NCBI RefSeq assembly: GCF_963921235.1
Contig: NC_086097.1
Coordinates: 127,040,001-127,104,000, forward strand
Direction: 5' to 3'
DNA: 64,000 nt
Origin: Mobula hypostoma
Taxonomy: Eukaryota
Shown piece by piece: positions 51,399 to 64,000 of this stretch. Within the stretch, counting starts at the first letter, position 1; every line of letters starts with the position of its first letter. The notes beneath the pieces were generated by a model. It searched no databases. It had not been told where the DNA came from and saw only the letters and a list, made by a program, of their open reading frames with translations. The translations under genes and the position numbers were made by a program.

Positions 51399-51584
51399 CT
51401 CAGTTGCCATCACTGCTTCAAAGCATGAGACCAAGTTGCCAGTGTGAAGGAATTCAAGGAGCTCCTGGACAACCTGGTGCTCCGGGGCAGCCAGGACAGA
51501 GGGGATTACCTGGATACCCAGGCCGAACAGCCAAGCGAGGATACAGAGGGCTACCTGGTATGCCTGGACTACCAGGAATGAAAG
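51399..51584 (+). CDS. COL21A1: COL21A1-like exon (186 nt) (T)QLPSLLQSMRPSCQCEGIQGAP...GLPGMK(G)
   Basis: ACACAG acceptor, GTACAC donor. QLP.LLQS...C.C matches the recalled COL21A1 NC2 AQLPVLLQSG...CDHC. Confidence 0.93.
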
Positions 51585-51724
51585 GTACACAGAAAAGAAA
51601 ATTCCTAGAAGGTGTGGTTGGGAACATTGGAACAGTATTAAACTAAACAATAATATCAAAGCAGTAAGACTCCAACAGTCCACTTTCCAACCATTTGGAA
51701 AATTCTAATGGTTCAGCGTCTAGC

Positions 51725-52287
51725 TTACCTGGTAACGTTTGCAAACACCACTCACCCAGTCCTGTTACACATACCCTCTCGTCCAGTCACCTGATCATGT
51801 TTACCATCACCACTCTCTGAGCCCTGTTACACACATTCTTGTCCACTCACCAGGTAACGTTTGCAAACACCACTCACCCAGTCCTGTTACACATACCCTC
51901 TCGTCCAGTCACCTGATCATGTTTACTATCACCACTCTCTGAGCCCTGTTACACACATTCTTGTCCACTCACCTGGTAACCTTTACAAACACCACTCACC
52001 GAGCCCTGTTACTCACACCCTCTCGTCCAGTCACCCGATCATGTTTACCATCACCACTCTCTGAGCTCTGTTACACACACTCTTGTCCACTCACCTGGTA
52101 ACGTTTACAATCACCACTCACCCAGCCCTGTTACACACACACTCGTCCACTCACCAGGTAACGTTTGCAATCACCTGTCTGTCTGTATCTTGTTTTATGG
52201 CGGTTGGCATCCAGCTTAATGGTGCATTACCGCCACCCTCTGCTCCAGAATGTGCACTAGACATACATTCTAAATCCCTTCACCCAA

Positions 52288-52328
<41 letters not shown>

Positions 52329-53683
52329 AACAAACCTACACTTCACCCTCCCATCTTTGACCATCCTAGTATCCTATTCCTGTTTATTCGTCATATTCTA
52401 TAAAAAACCCCTGTACCCCTTAAAAACGCTAAAAATACCCGGACTTGTGCTCTCTCACCCATGCCCAGCAACCCTTTTAATGTGAATTCCTGCATCTCCA
52501 ACTCCCTTAATTTATTTCTCATCATCTCTCTCTGTATCCCATACTTCCTGCAACACAAAACTACATGTTCTACTGATTCCTCTTCCTGACATTCCTCACA
52601 CAATCCTGTCTGGTGTTTCTTTATCATTTTCAATGTTTTGTTTAATGCACAATGCCCCAGCCTTAACCTAGTCCACACAATTTCCTTTCTTCTGTTTCCA
52701 TTACCTACCCTAGTAACTGCAATACTCTTTTGTATTTGATATAAATGCCTCCCTTTCCCCTCCCTGTCCCATCTTTCTTGCCACATTCGGTTGACTTTTT
52801 CCCAGATTACACACTTAACCTCTGCTTTACTGATACTAATGTGCATTTCCACATTTTCTTTCTTTAACGCCCTCTTTGCCAACTCATCCACCCCCTCATT
52901 CCCCTTCACCCCTACTTGTGCTGGAACCCATAGAAATTTTACCTGACCTCCCTGATTTGCAATTCTTGTAACTAACTGAAGGACTTCATAAAGTACATCT
53001 TGCCGACTGTTTGTGTGAAAAGACCTTAAACTTGCTAGAACTGAGGATGAATCTGAACATATCAATGCTTTGGCTTGTCTGGCTTTCTGCACCCATTGTA
53101 ACGCAACCAACACTGCCAGCATCTCCACTGTAAACACCCCTAACGTTTGCAATCACCGCTCACCGAGCCCTGTTACACACACTCTTGTCCACTCACCTGA
53201 TAATGTTTGCAATCACTCACTCACCCAGCCCTGTTACACACACACTTGTCCACTCACCAGGTAACGTTTGCAATCACCGCTCACTCAGCCCTGTTACACA
53301 CACTCTTGTCCACTAAGCAGGTAACGTTTGCAATCACCACTCACCCAGCCCTATTACACACATTTGTATCCACTCACCTGATAATGTTTACAATCACTCA
53401 CTCACCGAGCCCTGTTACACACATTCGTGTCCACTCACCTGATAATGCTTGCAATCACTCACTCACCGAGCCCTGTTACACACACACTTGTCCACTCACC
53501 AGGTAATGTTTGCAATCACTGCTGACCCAGCCCTGTTACACACATTCGTATCCACTCACCTGATAATGTTTACAATCACTCACTCACCCAGCCCTGTTAC
53601 ACACACACTCGTCCACTCACCAGGTAACGTTTGCAATCACCACTCACCGAGCCCTGTTACACACACTCTTGTCCACTAACCAG
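51725..53683. repeat. Tandem satellite array, about 61-bp monomer, split by a LINE insertion
   Basis: Unit CTCACC(C/G)AGCCCTGTTACACACACTCTTGTCCACTCACC(A/T)GGTAACGTTTGCAATCACCA on both sides of 52176-53140. Confidence 0.92.
52176..53140 (-). mobile_element. Nimb/I-group LINE 3' fragment (RNase H plus CCHC finger)
   Basis: ORF 52391-53152 reads ICSDSSS...WVPAQVGVKGNEGVDELAK...RLRLGH...CEEC..EESVEHVVLCC. 3' UTR GGCGGTAATGCACC...CAACCGCC and an (ACAG)n tail. Flanked by TAACGTTTGCAATCACC. Confidence 0.9.
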
Positions 53684-54139
53684 GTTCCCAGTTTCAGCTT
53701 TCCCAACCATTTGCAGGGTCCTAGGTTCCTGCTCTCCCCTTGCCAGAGCACCAGTTCCTGAGTTCCCTTTAAACTCACCTGATTGTATTAACTGTGCTCC
53801 CTTGAAACTTACCGGCTTCACTGAAATGTTACTGTCTAATACAAATTAAAAGTGTGTTAAAGGAATAATAAAATAGCATCCAATAGACAAAAAAATCTTA
53901 GGCCAGCCCCTCGACGTTTCAAGCATGCTAGAGTAATGGAGTTTTAATCACTATCCCTGATTTAAGGTTAATAATTGTGTATTAAATTTTGTTGTGGATC
54001 AGTGTTACAAATTTCTACCACCTGAGGAGGGCTGAAAATCATTAAAATAGTAGTTCCTGGAAACATTCAGCAGTTCAGCCGGCATCTCTGAAAAGAGAAG
54101 CAGTTATTGTTTTAGACCAAGGACCTCGATGAAAGAAAG

Positions 54140-56720
54140 ACCAGAGATGGTAGCATGGATCATAATGGAGACTCCTTGTGGTGTACAAACACGGCGGCGC
54201 CATCCCAGTCCTGTTCACCAGACCTGGAACACCTCGCGATCAAGTGTCGTCCATTTTATCTGTTGCAGAAGATTTTAACGATCAGCTTGGTAGTGGAATA
54301 CATCCTACTTCAGGCTAGTGTAAAACAGGCTCTTGATGAACCAAACACTGTAATCAACAGGCATGAAACAGCACATCCGGAAGCCTTCCTCATCATTTTG
54401 GGGGGTCTTAACAAGGCCAGCTTGAAAGAGTCTCCAAATAATTATTACCAACAAATCGCTCGAAGTGCTAGAGGGTCCAACACACTGGACCACCGTTACA
54501 CCACCATCAAAAGTGCTTACCATGCGATCCCACGGCCAACTTTGAAAAGTCTGATCGCCTGACTGTACTTCCACTCCCTGAATATAGGCAAAGACTGAAG
54601 GCTACAGCACCAGTAGTGAGGACCAAGAAGGTATGGCCAAGGGAGGTGCAGGAGTGCTTACAGGAGCACTTTCAATCGATGACTGGACTGTATTCAGGGA
54701 TTCATCTTCGAGTCTGAATGAGAATGCCACAGCTGTCACTGACTTCATTAAAGTTTGTGTGGAGGAGTGTGTGCCAATGAGAACTTACTGTACATTCCCA
54801 AAGCAAAAGCCGTGGGTGAACCAGGAGGTTCATAGTCTGCTGAATGCTAGATCTGTGGCATTCAAGTCTGGTCAACCCAAATCTGTACAAGAAGACAAGG
54901 GGAGGGGGGAGCTATTTCAAGAGCTAAGGAACAATTCCAAGCGAGGTTGGAGGCGACATCAGATGCACATCAACTCTGGCAGGGTTTGCAAGGCATTACT
55001 TCCTACAAAGCGAATGCAACATCATGAATGGTAGTGTTGCTTCACTCTCCGAGGAGTTCAACTCCTTTTATGCTCACTTTGAATAAAACCAAAATTGTGA
55101 AGATCTCTGCTGCACCCAGTGAACTGTGATCTCTGTCTTGGAGGTCGATCTCAGGCTGTCTTTCAAGAGAGAGAACCCTCACAAGGTTCTCTCTCTCCAA
55201 TAGGGTTCCTAGGAAGGCTCTGATAACTTGTTCCAAACAACTGGTGCGTGTGTTAAAAGAAATTTTCAATCTCTCATTGGTGCAGTCGGAAGTTCCCACC
55301 TGCTTCAGAAGGGTAACTATTATACCAGTGTCGAAGAAGAGTAGTTGAGCTGCCTTAATGAAGACTGTTCAGTAGCTCTCACATCTAAAGTGATGAAGTA
55401 CTTTCAGAGGTTGGTTATGGCCAGAATTAACTCTTGTCTCAGCAAGGACCTGGACTCTGTGCAATTTGCCTATTGGCACTCTAGGTCTATGGTGATCATG
55501 ATCTCGTTGCCTCTTCTCGTGGTCTTGAATCACTTGGACAATGCAAATACCCATTGTCTACAGCTCAGCATTTAACATATAATTTCTACAATCAATTGTT
55601 TAATACAATCATTCTCCAGAACCTGGGCCTCTGTACCTCCCTCTGCAACTGGATCCTCAACTTCCTAACTGGAAGATCACAATCTCTGCAGATTGGAAAT
55701 AACATCTCCACCTCGCTGACAAACAACACTGGTGCACCTCAGGGATGTGTGCTTAGCCCACTGCTCTACTCTTCCTACACTCAGGACTGTGAGACTAGGT
55801 GCAGCTCAAATGCCATCTGTAAATTTGCTGACAATACAACTATTGTTGGCAGACTCTCAGATAGTGACGAGAGAGCATACAGTAGCGAGATATATCAGCT
55901 GGTTAAGTGATGTCACAACAACAACCTTGCACTCAACATCAGTAAGACCAACGAATAGATTGTGGATTTCAGAAAGGGTAAGACAAGAGAACGCACATCA
56001 GTCCTCATAGAGGGATCAGAAGTGGAGAGAGTGAACAATTTCATGTTTTTGGGTGTCAACATCTCTAAGGATCTATCCTGGGCCCAACGTATCAATGTAG
56101 TTACAAAAAAGGCACAACAGTGGCCATATTTCATTAGGATTTTGAGGAAATTTGGTTTGTTACCTAAAACACTCACAAATTTCTACAGATGTACCATGGA
56201 GAGCATTCTAACTGGCTGCATCACTGTCTGGTATAAGGGTGGGGGGTGGGGGGGTTGGGTGGCTACGACACAGGATCGAAGTAAGCTGCAGTGAGTTGTA
56301 AACTCAGTCAGCTCCATCATGGGCACTAGTCTTTGTAGTATCGAGGCCATCTTCAAGGGGTGATGCTCAAAAAGGCAGCATCCATCATTAAGGTCCCCCA
56401 TCACCCAGGACATGCCTTGTTCTCATTGCTACCAGCAGGAAGGAGATACAGAAGCCTGAAGACATATTCTCAATGATTCAGGAACAGCTTCTTCACCTCT
56501 GCCGTCCAATTTCTGAATGGACATTGAACCCATCAACACTACCTCTCTCCTTTATTTCCATATTTGCATTACATATTTAATTTAATTATTTAATGTTTAT
56601 ATAGTTACTGTATTTCACAGGTTTTTTTCTTTTCTATTATCATGTATTGCATTGTACTGCTGCTGGAAAGTTAACAAATTTCACAACAAATGCCGGTGAA
56701 AATAAAACTTGATTCTAATT
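54140..56720 (+). mobile_element. Rex1/Babar LINE, degenerate endonuclease-RT
   Basis: [65 protein letters not shown]. Many stops and frameshifts. Confidence 0.92.
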
Positions 56721-57408
56721 TCGCATGTGGTGTGATTACATCCAGAAATAATTACTACTGTGGGTTACTCCAGGTGAAATAAAGATTGGAAACACAACAG
56801 ACTGCAGAATCTGAAGGAACTCAGCCACTTGCGCAAAATCTCGGGGGGGAGGGTTGATGGGGGAGTATTGTCGACATTTTGGGTCAAATCCTTGCATCAG
56901 AAATAGAAGAAATAGAGATTGGATTGGATTGCACTGACTCTTATCAGTAGTAAGCCATCAATTTATAGACACAACCAATGGACTTTCCAGAAGGACATGT
57001 ATGGACGAGATTACTGGGTTAATTCCACCAGTGAGCCTGTAGCATCTGCTATGAAGTCTTCTTCAACCATTTACTCTGGATAAAATCACTGGATTAAGGT
57101 CAGTCACATCTGAAGTGCCAATGTGCACTAAAAACTAGGTACAATAAATTATCTTCCTCAGTTTTTATAATTGACTTTCAGATGTTGAAACATTCAAGTG
57201 AATATCGGAGAGTGTTTTGCTTTGGAACCAAAGCATTATGCAAATGAGATGTTCCAATTTTCATCACCAATGCCAATTACTATCATTTTGCCTTCTTGGC
57301 TAGTAAATTTAATGGAAGTGTTGTTCTGAAAAAGCAAGGCTTAAAATTGAACAAGGTACCTGACACTTATGTGCTTTCTTCTCTATGACAATTCTCAATT
57401 TTTTTTAG

Positions 57409-57486
57409 GCGAGCAGGGGATAAAGGGAGACAAAGGTATGAAGGGTGAAGAACACCTAGGGTTACCAGGTCCACCTGGACAAGCAG
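57409..57486 (+). CDS. COL21A1: COL21A1-like exon (78 nt) (G)EQGIKGDKGMKGEEHLGLPGPPGQA(G)
   Basis: T8-AG acceptor, GTAAGA donor, phase 1-1. Confidence 0.93.
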
Positions 57487-59939
57487 GTAAGATGCAGGGA
57501 GTCTTCAACGACATTCCTATAAGTTGACACAGGGTTTTTTGTGTTCCATGTGTTGTGCAGTGAGTTTGTAATCAAAAGGAGATGCGGTATACTGTACTCA
57601 GGGTCAGCCTCAGGGTGTCAATTAAAGGAGATGGGGATGATTGTTGAAACATGCTGGCATTGTAAACTGGAGCTCTCTCAATAATGCCACTGAGGATCTG
57701 GAAATTTTGTAAGCTGGTTCATTATTGTCACATGTACAGAGTTATCGTGAGACGCTGTGTTTTGCATGCCGTCACGTCAGTACATCAAAGTAGTACAAGA
57801 GAAAACCAGTCACAGAATGAAGAACCTAGTGTTAATGTTACAGAGAAAATGCAATGCAGGTAAACAATCAGGTGCACGGGCCATGACAAAGTAAGATTGC
57901 AAGGTCAGAAGTTCATACAAGAGTTATGTTCAATAGTCTGATGACTGTGGGACAGAAGCTCTCCTTAAGCCTAATGACACATGCTTGCAGGCTTTTGTAT
58001 CATCTGCTTGATGGGAGGGGTTCCTGGAGAAGAGAGAATAAAACAACTTTTAATTTTATTGATTTATTCCCATGGCTGGATTCTAAAATCATGCCAGCAG
58101 TAGTGCTTTAATAATAGGGAAGCTACTGCCAAACTTGGAATAGCAAACAAATTTACTTGTCTCATTCAATGTTGATTTGAAGAGAACCATGGTTCCATTT
58201 GAAGAACAACTTTGCTTCAACTTTTCTTGAACCTACTGTTATCAATGGTAACCATGAAGCTACTAGATTTTCTTACAAACCTACTTTGTTCACAGAAGTT
58301 CTCACCTCCTTAGGTTTGTACGTAACCCCAGACTCATGACAGTGTGAATGGTTTTTTATGTTCTTTCTCACAACAATGAAACAAAGAGAACTGTGTGGTT
58401 GAAAGCTGGTTGAACTTGAAGTGGAAAAAAAATTGTACCCATTTGCACTGGGTGGGAATTTTATTCCTTTAACACTAAAAATATTACTTTGGTATGAAAC
58501 TTCCCCAAATGCTATTTCAACAATAATACAGAGCCCAGTATTTGTCCCTAGCATGACCTTCAGTTCCATTGGCTAAATAATGATGCTTCCTGGTACTAAC
58601 TCTATTCCCTCTATAACTATGCCAAGTAAGGGGCAATGTTCAAGCTTCATTCTCAGTTTTTCTCATCTCCACACTCGTCAACCCCACTTCTCATTTCATA
58701 CACGGCTCATGATTAAGGCTGACCCTTTCTTACATTCTCAATAGGCTTTACGGCCTCCGGGCCATCTTCTAGTGGGAAGATGTCCCCTATTAATAATCCT
58801 GTTGCTGGATGGCGTGGAGGATGACAGTAGGTGAAAGAGAATCACAGGCAGTCACTAGGACCATAGAGGGCTGATAAACCAAGAGCCTTTCCACCCGGAG
58901 ATGATAGCAGTTCATGCAGAAAGCCAGACTTCTATGAAGAACGATGTCAATCAGCTTAAGCTCTACCAAGGTACTTCTCACTGTGAGTAGTAATACTGTC
59001 CTCACACATGAGTCAGCATTACTTTACCCATAGAAATCAAGGTTGAGAATTAACCTGAGATTCCCAAGCAGCAGGAGTATTCTAAGCTGCCACTTCTGAT
59101 CTCTACCACACTTAAAGTTTGTTGCTGGGAGGACACCCTTTCTTCATACTCAAGGTGTGAAGACGTCATCTATTCCTGCTTAAGTCCATAGGAGTACAAA
59201 TGGGAATAGGAATAGTGAGCATAGAGATTTGTTATCGTTATGCGTTTCCTAAAAGTACAGGAAATCATGGGCTGGATTCATGTAATATTATTCCTTATAG
59301 AGATCTCCCAACAACCTCCTGCCAGGAGGACCTGGCTGTTGCCATGTACAAAGAACATGTCCCTTATAGGTACTAATCTCTGCCAGCATGCTAAGAGTCC
59401 CTCTTAGCCCTTGGTAGCACTCCCTTCCTCTCTCCCACAGTAGAAGCATCCAACCATAACAGGAAGAGTGTTGCTTGTGTTGTGCATATCCCTTTAGGGT
59501 CCAGCCCCCCAGATAGTAGCTATGAGGCCAAATGTGATTCAACATAATAATGCAGACTAAAATAGATTTTCTGAACTGGATGAGACTGTCCCGGGAATGT
59601 TGCAATCATTAAGGATATGTGTAAGTGCAGGGCTGACACTTGATACTGTTTTGAGGGCAGTAAAAAGTGGGTAAAGAATTTCTTAGCTGTTGACCCTTGA
59701 AAGCCTATGAAATAACTGAGCAAGTGGCTCATTGGCTAAGAACAATTAAAGGTGAGCAATAAAGGCCACAGCTGAGTTAAAAAGAGAAGGAAGTCATAGA
59801 GATTACATGTTAGTTATATTATCCTCTGTACACTGACAAATGCCACTAATATGGTTATCCACCCTGGGTAGGTAAAGGAACAAGTAAGGATGGTATTCAA
59901 ATGGTGAATAATTTGGAAACGTGTGTCCTTTTTTACACT

Positions 59940-60790
59940 AGTCACTGAAAGAAAATGCAGGTGTATTAAGTAACTAAGAAGGCAAATAATATATTAGCCT
60001 TCATTGCAAGAAGCTTTCAATATAGGAAAAACAATGTATTAATTAAGACATTGGCACCGTGGTAGCATGGTGGATAACGCGATGCTATTACAGCTTAGGG
60101 CATTTCCAGAGTTCGCAGTTCAATTGCAGTACCGTTCTGTAAGTAATCTGTGCATGTGGAATGGATAGGTTTTCTCCACAGTCCAGACAGGTACCGGATA
60201 GGTTCACCGGTCGTTGTAAATTGTCCCATGATTAGGTTAGAGTTAATTGAGTTTGTTAGGGGTTGCTGGGGCGGCGTGGCTCAAAAGGCCAGAAGGGCCT
60301 ACTCTGCGCTGTATTGCTAAAATAAAAAATAGTTATACAGGTCACACATTTTAGTCGCCTTACCTAAAAAAAAAGGATGTACATGTGGCAGATGGGGTGC
60401 AGCAAAAGTTCTCCAGGCTGATTACTGGGATGAATGTTCATACAAGGGGAGATTGGTTTGGCAGGACTGGCAGTCATGAGAATTTGGAAGAATGAGAGTG
60501 GAACTCCCTAAAATATACAAAGTCCTGGCAAGGCTTTATACATTTGATGATCCTTCTGATTGGAGAGCAAGCTCCACCATAAAGGATCACAGGCTCGGAA
60601 CAGAGTGTAAGGCATTGAAGACGTAAAGTGAGGAGAAAGTTTTTCACACGGTGGATGAAGAAGCTGTAGAACTCTACACAGAAGGTGGTGGTGACAAAGA
60701 TACCAAATATATTGAAGGAGGGGAATAGACACAAAAGGCATCAAAGGGTTTAGGAAGAGGGATGGAATTTACAATGGAGATAGAAAATTA
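59940..60790 (+). mobile_element. Old CR1 3' fragment with nested SINE (about 60053-60330)
   Basis: KKANNILAFIAR...VQQKFSRLITG...KFFTR fragments. Confidence 0.7.
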
Positions 60791-60957
60791 ATCACAATGG
60801 TAGAAGAGACTGAGTAGCCAGTTCCTGCTCCTGTACTCTGTTTCTGTTCTTCTGCCTTTTGTCTATATTTGCCTGTGTAATGAGTCCAAAAAGCTTACAA
60901 GGATTATCCCTTTCACGTCTACCATACATTACATAACAGCATTGGTCAACATTCCAG

Positions 60958-61148
60958 GGCTTCCCGGGCTACCAGGTCCTCCTGGTCACGGATTTCCAGG
61001 GGTGGATGGGGAGCCAGGGAGAAATGGAGCACCAGGAAATCCAGGGAAGCGTGGTCCACCAGGAATGCCAGGCATCTGCGATGTATCCAGCTGCTACAAT
61101 TCCTATGACAGTAACCAAAATCCATACATCAAAGGACCCAACTTCTGA
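60958..61148 (+). CDS. COL21A1: COL21A1-like last coding exon, COL1 end and NC1 ...[25 protein letters not shown]
   Basis: FACIT hallmark G-x-C-x4-C. The C-terminus resembles the recalled COL21A1 CDPSLC...DPFRKGPNY. TGA at 61146-61148. Confidence 0.93.
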
Positions 61149-61381
61149 GGGTGAGGAATAGTTTGGTGTCTGTGAGCTGAATCTCAAAGTGTCATCTCAT
61201 GTGCTGCCGAAGAGGAGGAACCAGTCTCAGGAAACAAAACAACCATCACAATACCAGTCAGCCAGTTATTAGAGGTTCCATCTTTCATCTTGGTTTGCTA
61301 CTGATTTCAGAATATTTCAATATAAACATTTTAAACACATGGCGTGCTGTGCATGTATGTTTATCTTCTGGCATTTTTAAA

Positions 61382-61387
61382 AATAAA
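61382..61387 (+). promoter_or_regulatory. Candidate polyadenylation signal of the collagen gene
   Basis: AATAAA about 235 nt after the stop, followed by T-rich sequence. Confidence 0.5.
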
Positions 61388-61635
61388 TTTTGATAACAGC
61401 TTTATTATTATCTGTGTACATCATTTTTGCAGATTTAAGTGGAGTGTCTACAATGTGCAGATTTTCAGGGGGTAACTTTGATCTTGGCAAGTTGAGCCTA
61501 ATGGTTCACCACAGTAGAACTCACTGATTATCATCTTATTAAAACCAATGGACAACTGATCCAGTAATAAATGAGTCATGATATTGAATGTACCCATTCT
61601 AGATTCCCAAACTTAAATCTTATTACTTTGAAATA

Positions 61636-62662
61636 CGATGAATTCTGGTTAATTAGGCCATTCGGTTTATCAGGGCAGCTGGTTATTTGGGACAACTCTT
61701 AAAGAGCAAAAACAAATGGAGAAAATTGCTGAGATTCCCTTCATTTATTTGGGACACTATGCTGCTTGATTGGGACAGGAGACTTGCTGAACAGGTTCTA
61801 AATAGCATCAATGTGTGACCGTTAGACGTTATACCATGCTTAGAGCAAACTGTTTTAAATAGTGTCAGTTGCCTGTGTTTGTGTTCTAAAGAGCACTGAT
61901 CTTTATCATTGATAGTTGGTGAGAAATAAGCAATAAGACAATTCAGAGCTGTTTTGCCCACTGCGGTTTCAAGCATTGAGGCTTGGGGATGCCAGAAATG
62001 GCCGGGAGTGAAAATGTAACAATTTCACTACTTCAACAGTTTAGAAACTATGAAGAATTCTAAGGCATTGACAATCATCTTGAATGTTACCTTTAGTCCC
62101 ATCAGGCACTCAAGTCTCACCTGTGGGTTCAAGTAGTGGCCACACCCCAATATACCGCTTCAACAGGTGGGCTAAACCAGGTCTCATAGTCTGTGAGATA
62201 GGGACATGCCTGTCCTAGCATGTGAAGTCAGCTCTGGCGGACTGGGCAGATGAGATTTAGAGTGAGATTCAACAGCCAGAAAGGCAGTTCTGCAACATTA
62301 CTTGGAGAGTGAAGGGCATGATCATCCACTGCATCTGGGAAGACCCCAGCCCCACTGGACCTGGATCTTCAAGGTCAAGAGAGTGGAACTGTCCCAGTGC
62401 AACAGCGTTTCGACTTTAAAGATGCCCGCACAGGTTTCCTGTGATTGTCGAGACACAATGGACAATCACCAGTAGTATTGGTAGAGTTCTAATTTGTTCT
62501 GTATTTTGTGTAAATAAATAATTTGTTGCTCAGTTAAATAGTAGCTTGATTTTCTTTTATACTTCTTTACCTATTTCCATGAAACTTTGGCTAATTGGGG
62601 CAGCCGCTTAATTGGGCCAAAATGTCCTGGACCTGATGTGTCTTAATTATCGGAATCCACTG
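61636..62662 (+). mobile_element. Non-autonomous TA-flanked DNA transposon (same family as 10548-11042) with an insertion at about 62091-62470
   Basis: Ends ...CGGAATCCACTG|TA. 61985-62090 is homologous to the reverse complement of about 10910-11015. Confidence 0.72.
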
Positions 62663-64000
62663 TATTTACTTGAGGGGGATTATATGGTATCAATCGATGT
62701 TCAAAAGACAAAATTACTTAACTACTTTAGTCTCTTTTACAAAAGGGTTTTGGTGTCAATAATCACTATTTCAAATAGCGTTACCCCCACCACCCACCCC
62801 CAAACAAGGAAGAGATGCAACAAATGAAGCACAATAAGCACAGGAATATTATTTTACATGAAGCTCATTTTATCATAACAAAGGCTATAATTCTGAAAAG
62901 GATTTGCTAAACACACTACAACTCTTAAAAACTAGGAAAGCATACCAGTGAGTTGCAGACGGACAAATTGTCTGTTACAGAAGGATGCCTCTGGGGAGAG
63001 ATCCTTCCTGGACTGAGGGTGGGGGGTGGATTCTACTTTCTCTCATCTTTAACTCCCAACACTTACTTTATTCTAATTATACTGCTTTTTATCATTCATC
63101 TAGTACTGACGTAATCTGCAGGTGATGTTTCATAACTGTATTAAGTCAAGTGGATGGAGCTCCTTGATTAGGTTAACATAGACAATTCCGATGACAGTGG
63201 CCAAAATCCTCACAACAAAAGAACCAACGTACTGTAGTTGTTTCTGCTCATTAGGTTATAGGTCTAGCTAGGTCAACATGATCAGTGTTGTTTTTCGTCA
63301 TCAGGTTAAGAGGCTCAGCAAAGACTACTAGTTATAAATTTAAACTATTTAATAGTAAGCATTTTGAACCTTGGGCGGTGCCTTCTGCTGTGCTAGAAAG
63401 CAATAAGCATCCTGGGCCTGGAGAATGAAGATCCATCACAAATGAAGATCAATCAAAAAAGCTGTGGATGCTGGAAACTCGAGATGAAAACCAAAAATGC
63501 TGGAAACTTTCGGCTGGTCAGGCAGCATCTGCGAGAAAAGTAACAGTTAATGCTTTAGATCAAAGACCATTCACCGGTATTGAGCAAGGGTCTGGTACCT
63601 GAAGCATTAACTTGGTTTCCGTTTGTCTGACATGCTGAGTGCTTCCAGCATTTTCTGTTTTCCTTTAAGCTATCTCAATTACTTTCTGACCATCATGGTA
63701 TGGATTACAACACAGAAGCAGGCCTTTTTACCCATCATGTCCAATCTGTATTCTATGACAGCAATTTTCTAGTTCCATCCATTGGGTCTTTCTCTGTAGT
63801 CTTTACATTTCCATCAGAAAGGTGACATCTCACTTCCAGCACATCTGTAGGAAATGCATTCCAATTCCAAATGTGCTGTGTAGAAGAATGGTTTCAGTGT
63901 CTTACTGTTTCTAGTTTAATATTTTAAAAAATGGTACTTAAAAGTATCTGAAGCTTACAAATAATTTCCCCTTAAGGGCTCAGAAGGCCTGCCATGCATT

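Noticed and set aside
51725..53683. His/Thr-rich repeat ORFs, or a CRISPR-like array next to a nuclease (RNase H) ORF
   Set aside because: Tandem monomers lack spacers. The RNase H ORF is a 5'-truncated Nimb LINE with a tail and TSD.

Overview
Repeat-rich vertebrate genomic DNA, most likely from a cartilaginous fish (ray/skate). This is inferred from the repeat repertoire: CR1, Penelope-like, Rex1, RTE, Nimb, Tc1/Tigger and tRNA-derived SINEs. The only host gene is the 3' half of a FACIT collagen most similar to COL21A1, on the + strand. It has 13 phase-consistent GT-AG exons from 21222 to the stop at 61148 and ends ...[25 protein letters not shown]. The rest is intronic or downstream DNA made largely of transposon copies and remnants. 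The most notable object is a decayed endogenous retrovirus on the - strand at about 22109-25218, inside a collagen intron. It has paired LTRs, an ERV-L-like (class III) gag, an ERV-L-like integrase C-terminus and a gamma-type env with an immunosuppressive domain. Other points of interest: minimal hammerhead ribozymes in Penelope-derived repeats, a 72-bp-arm palindrome inside a Tigger element, an inverted RTE insertion with duplication, a solo LTR nested in a SINE tail, a higher-order satellite split by a Nimb LINE, and two Gly->Ala helix interruptions in the collagen. All family assignments come from manual translation and recalled motifs, not from database searches.
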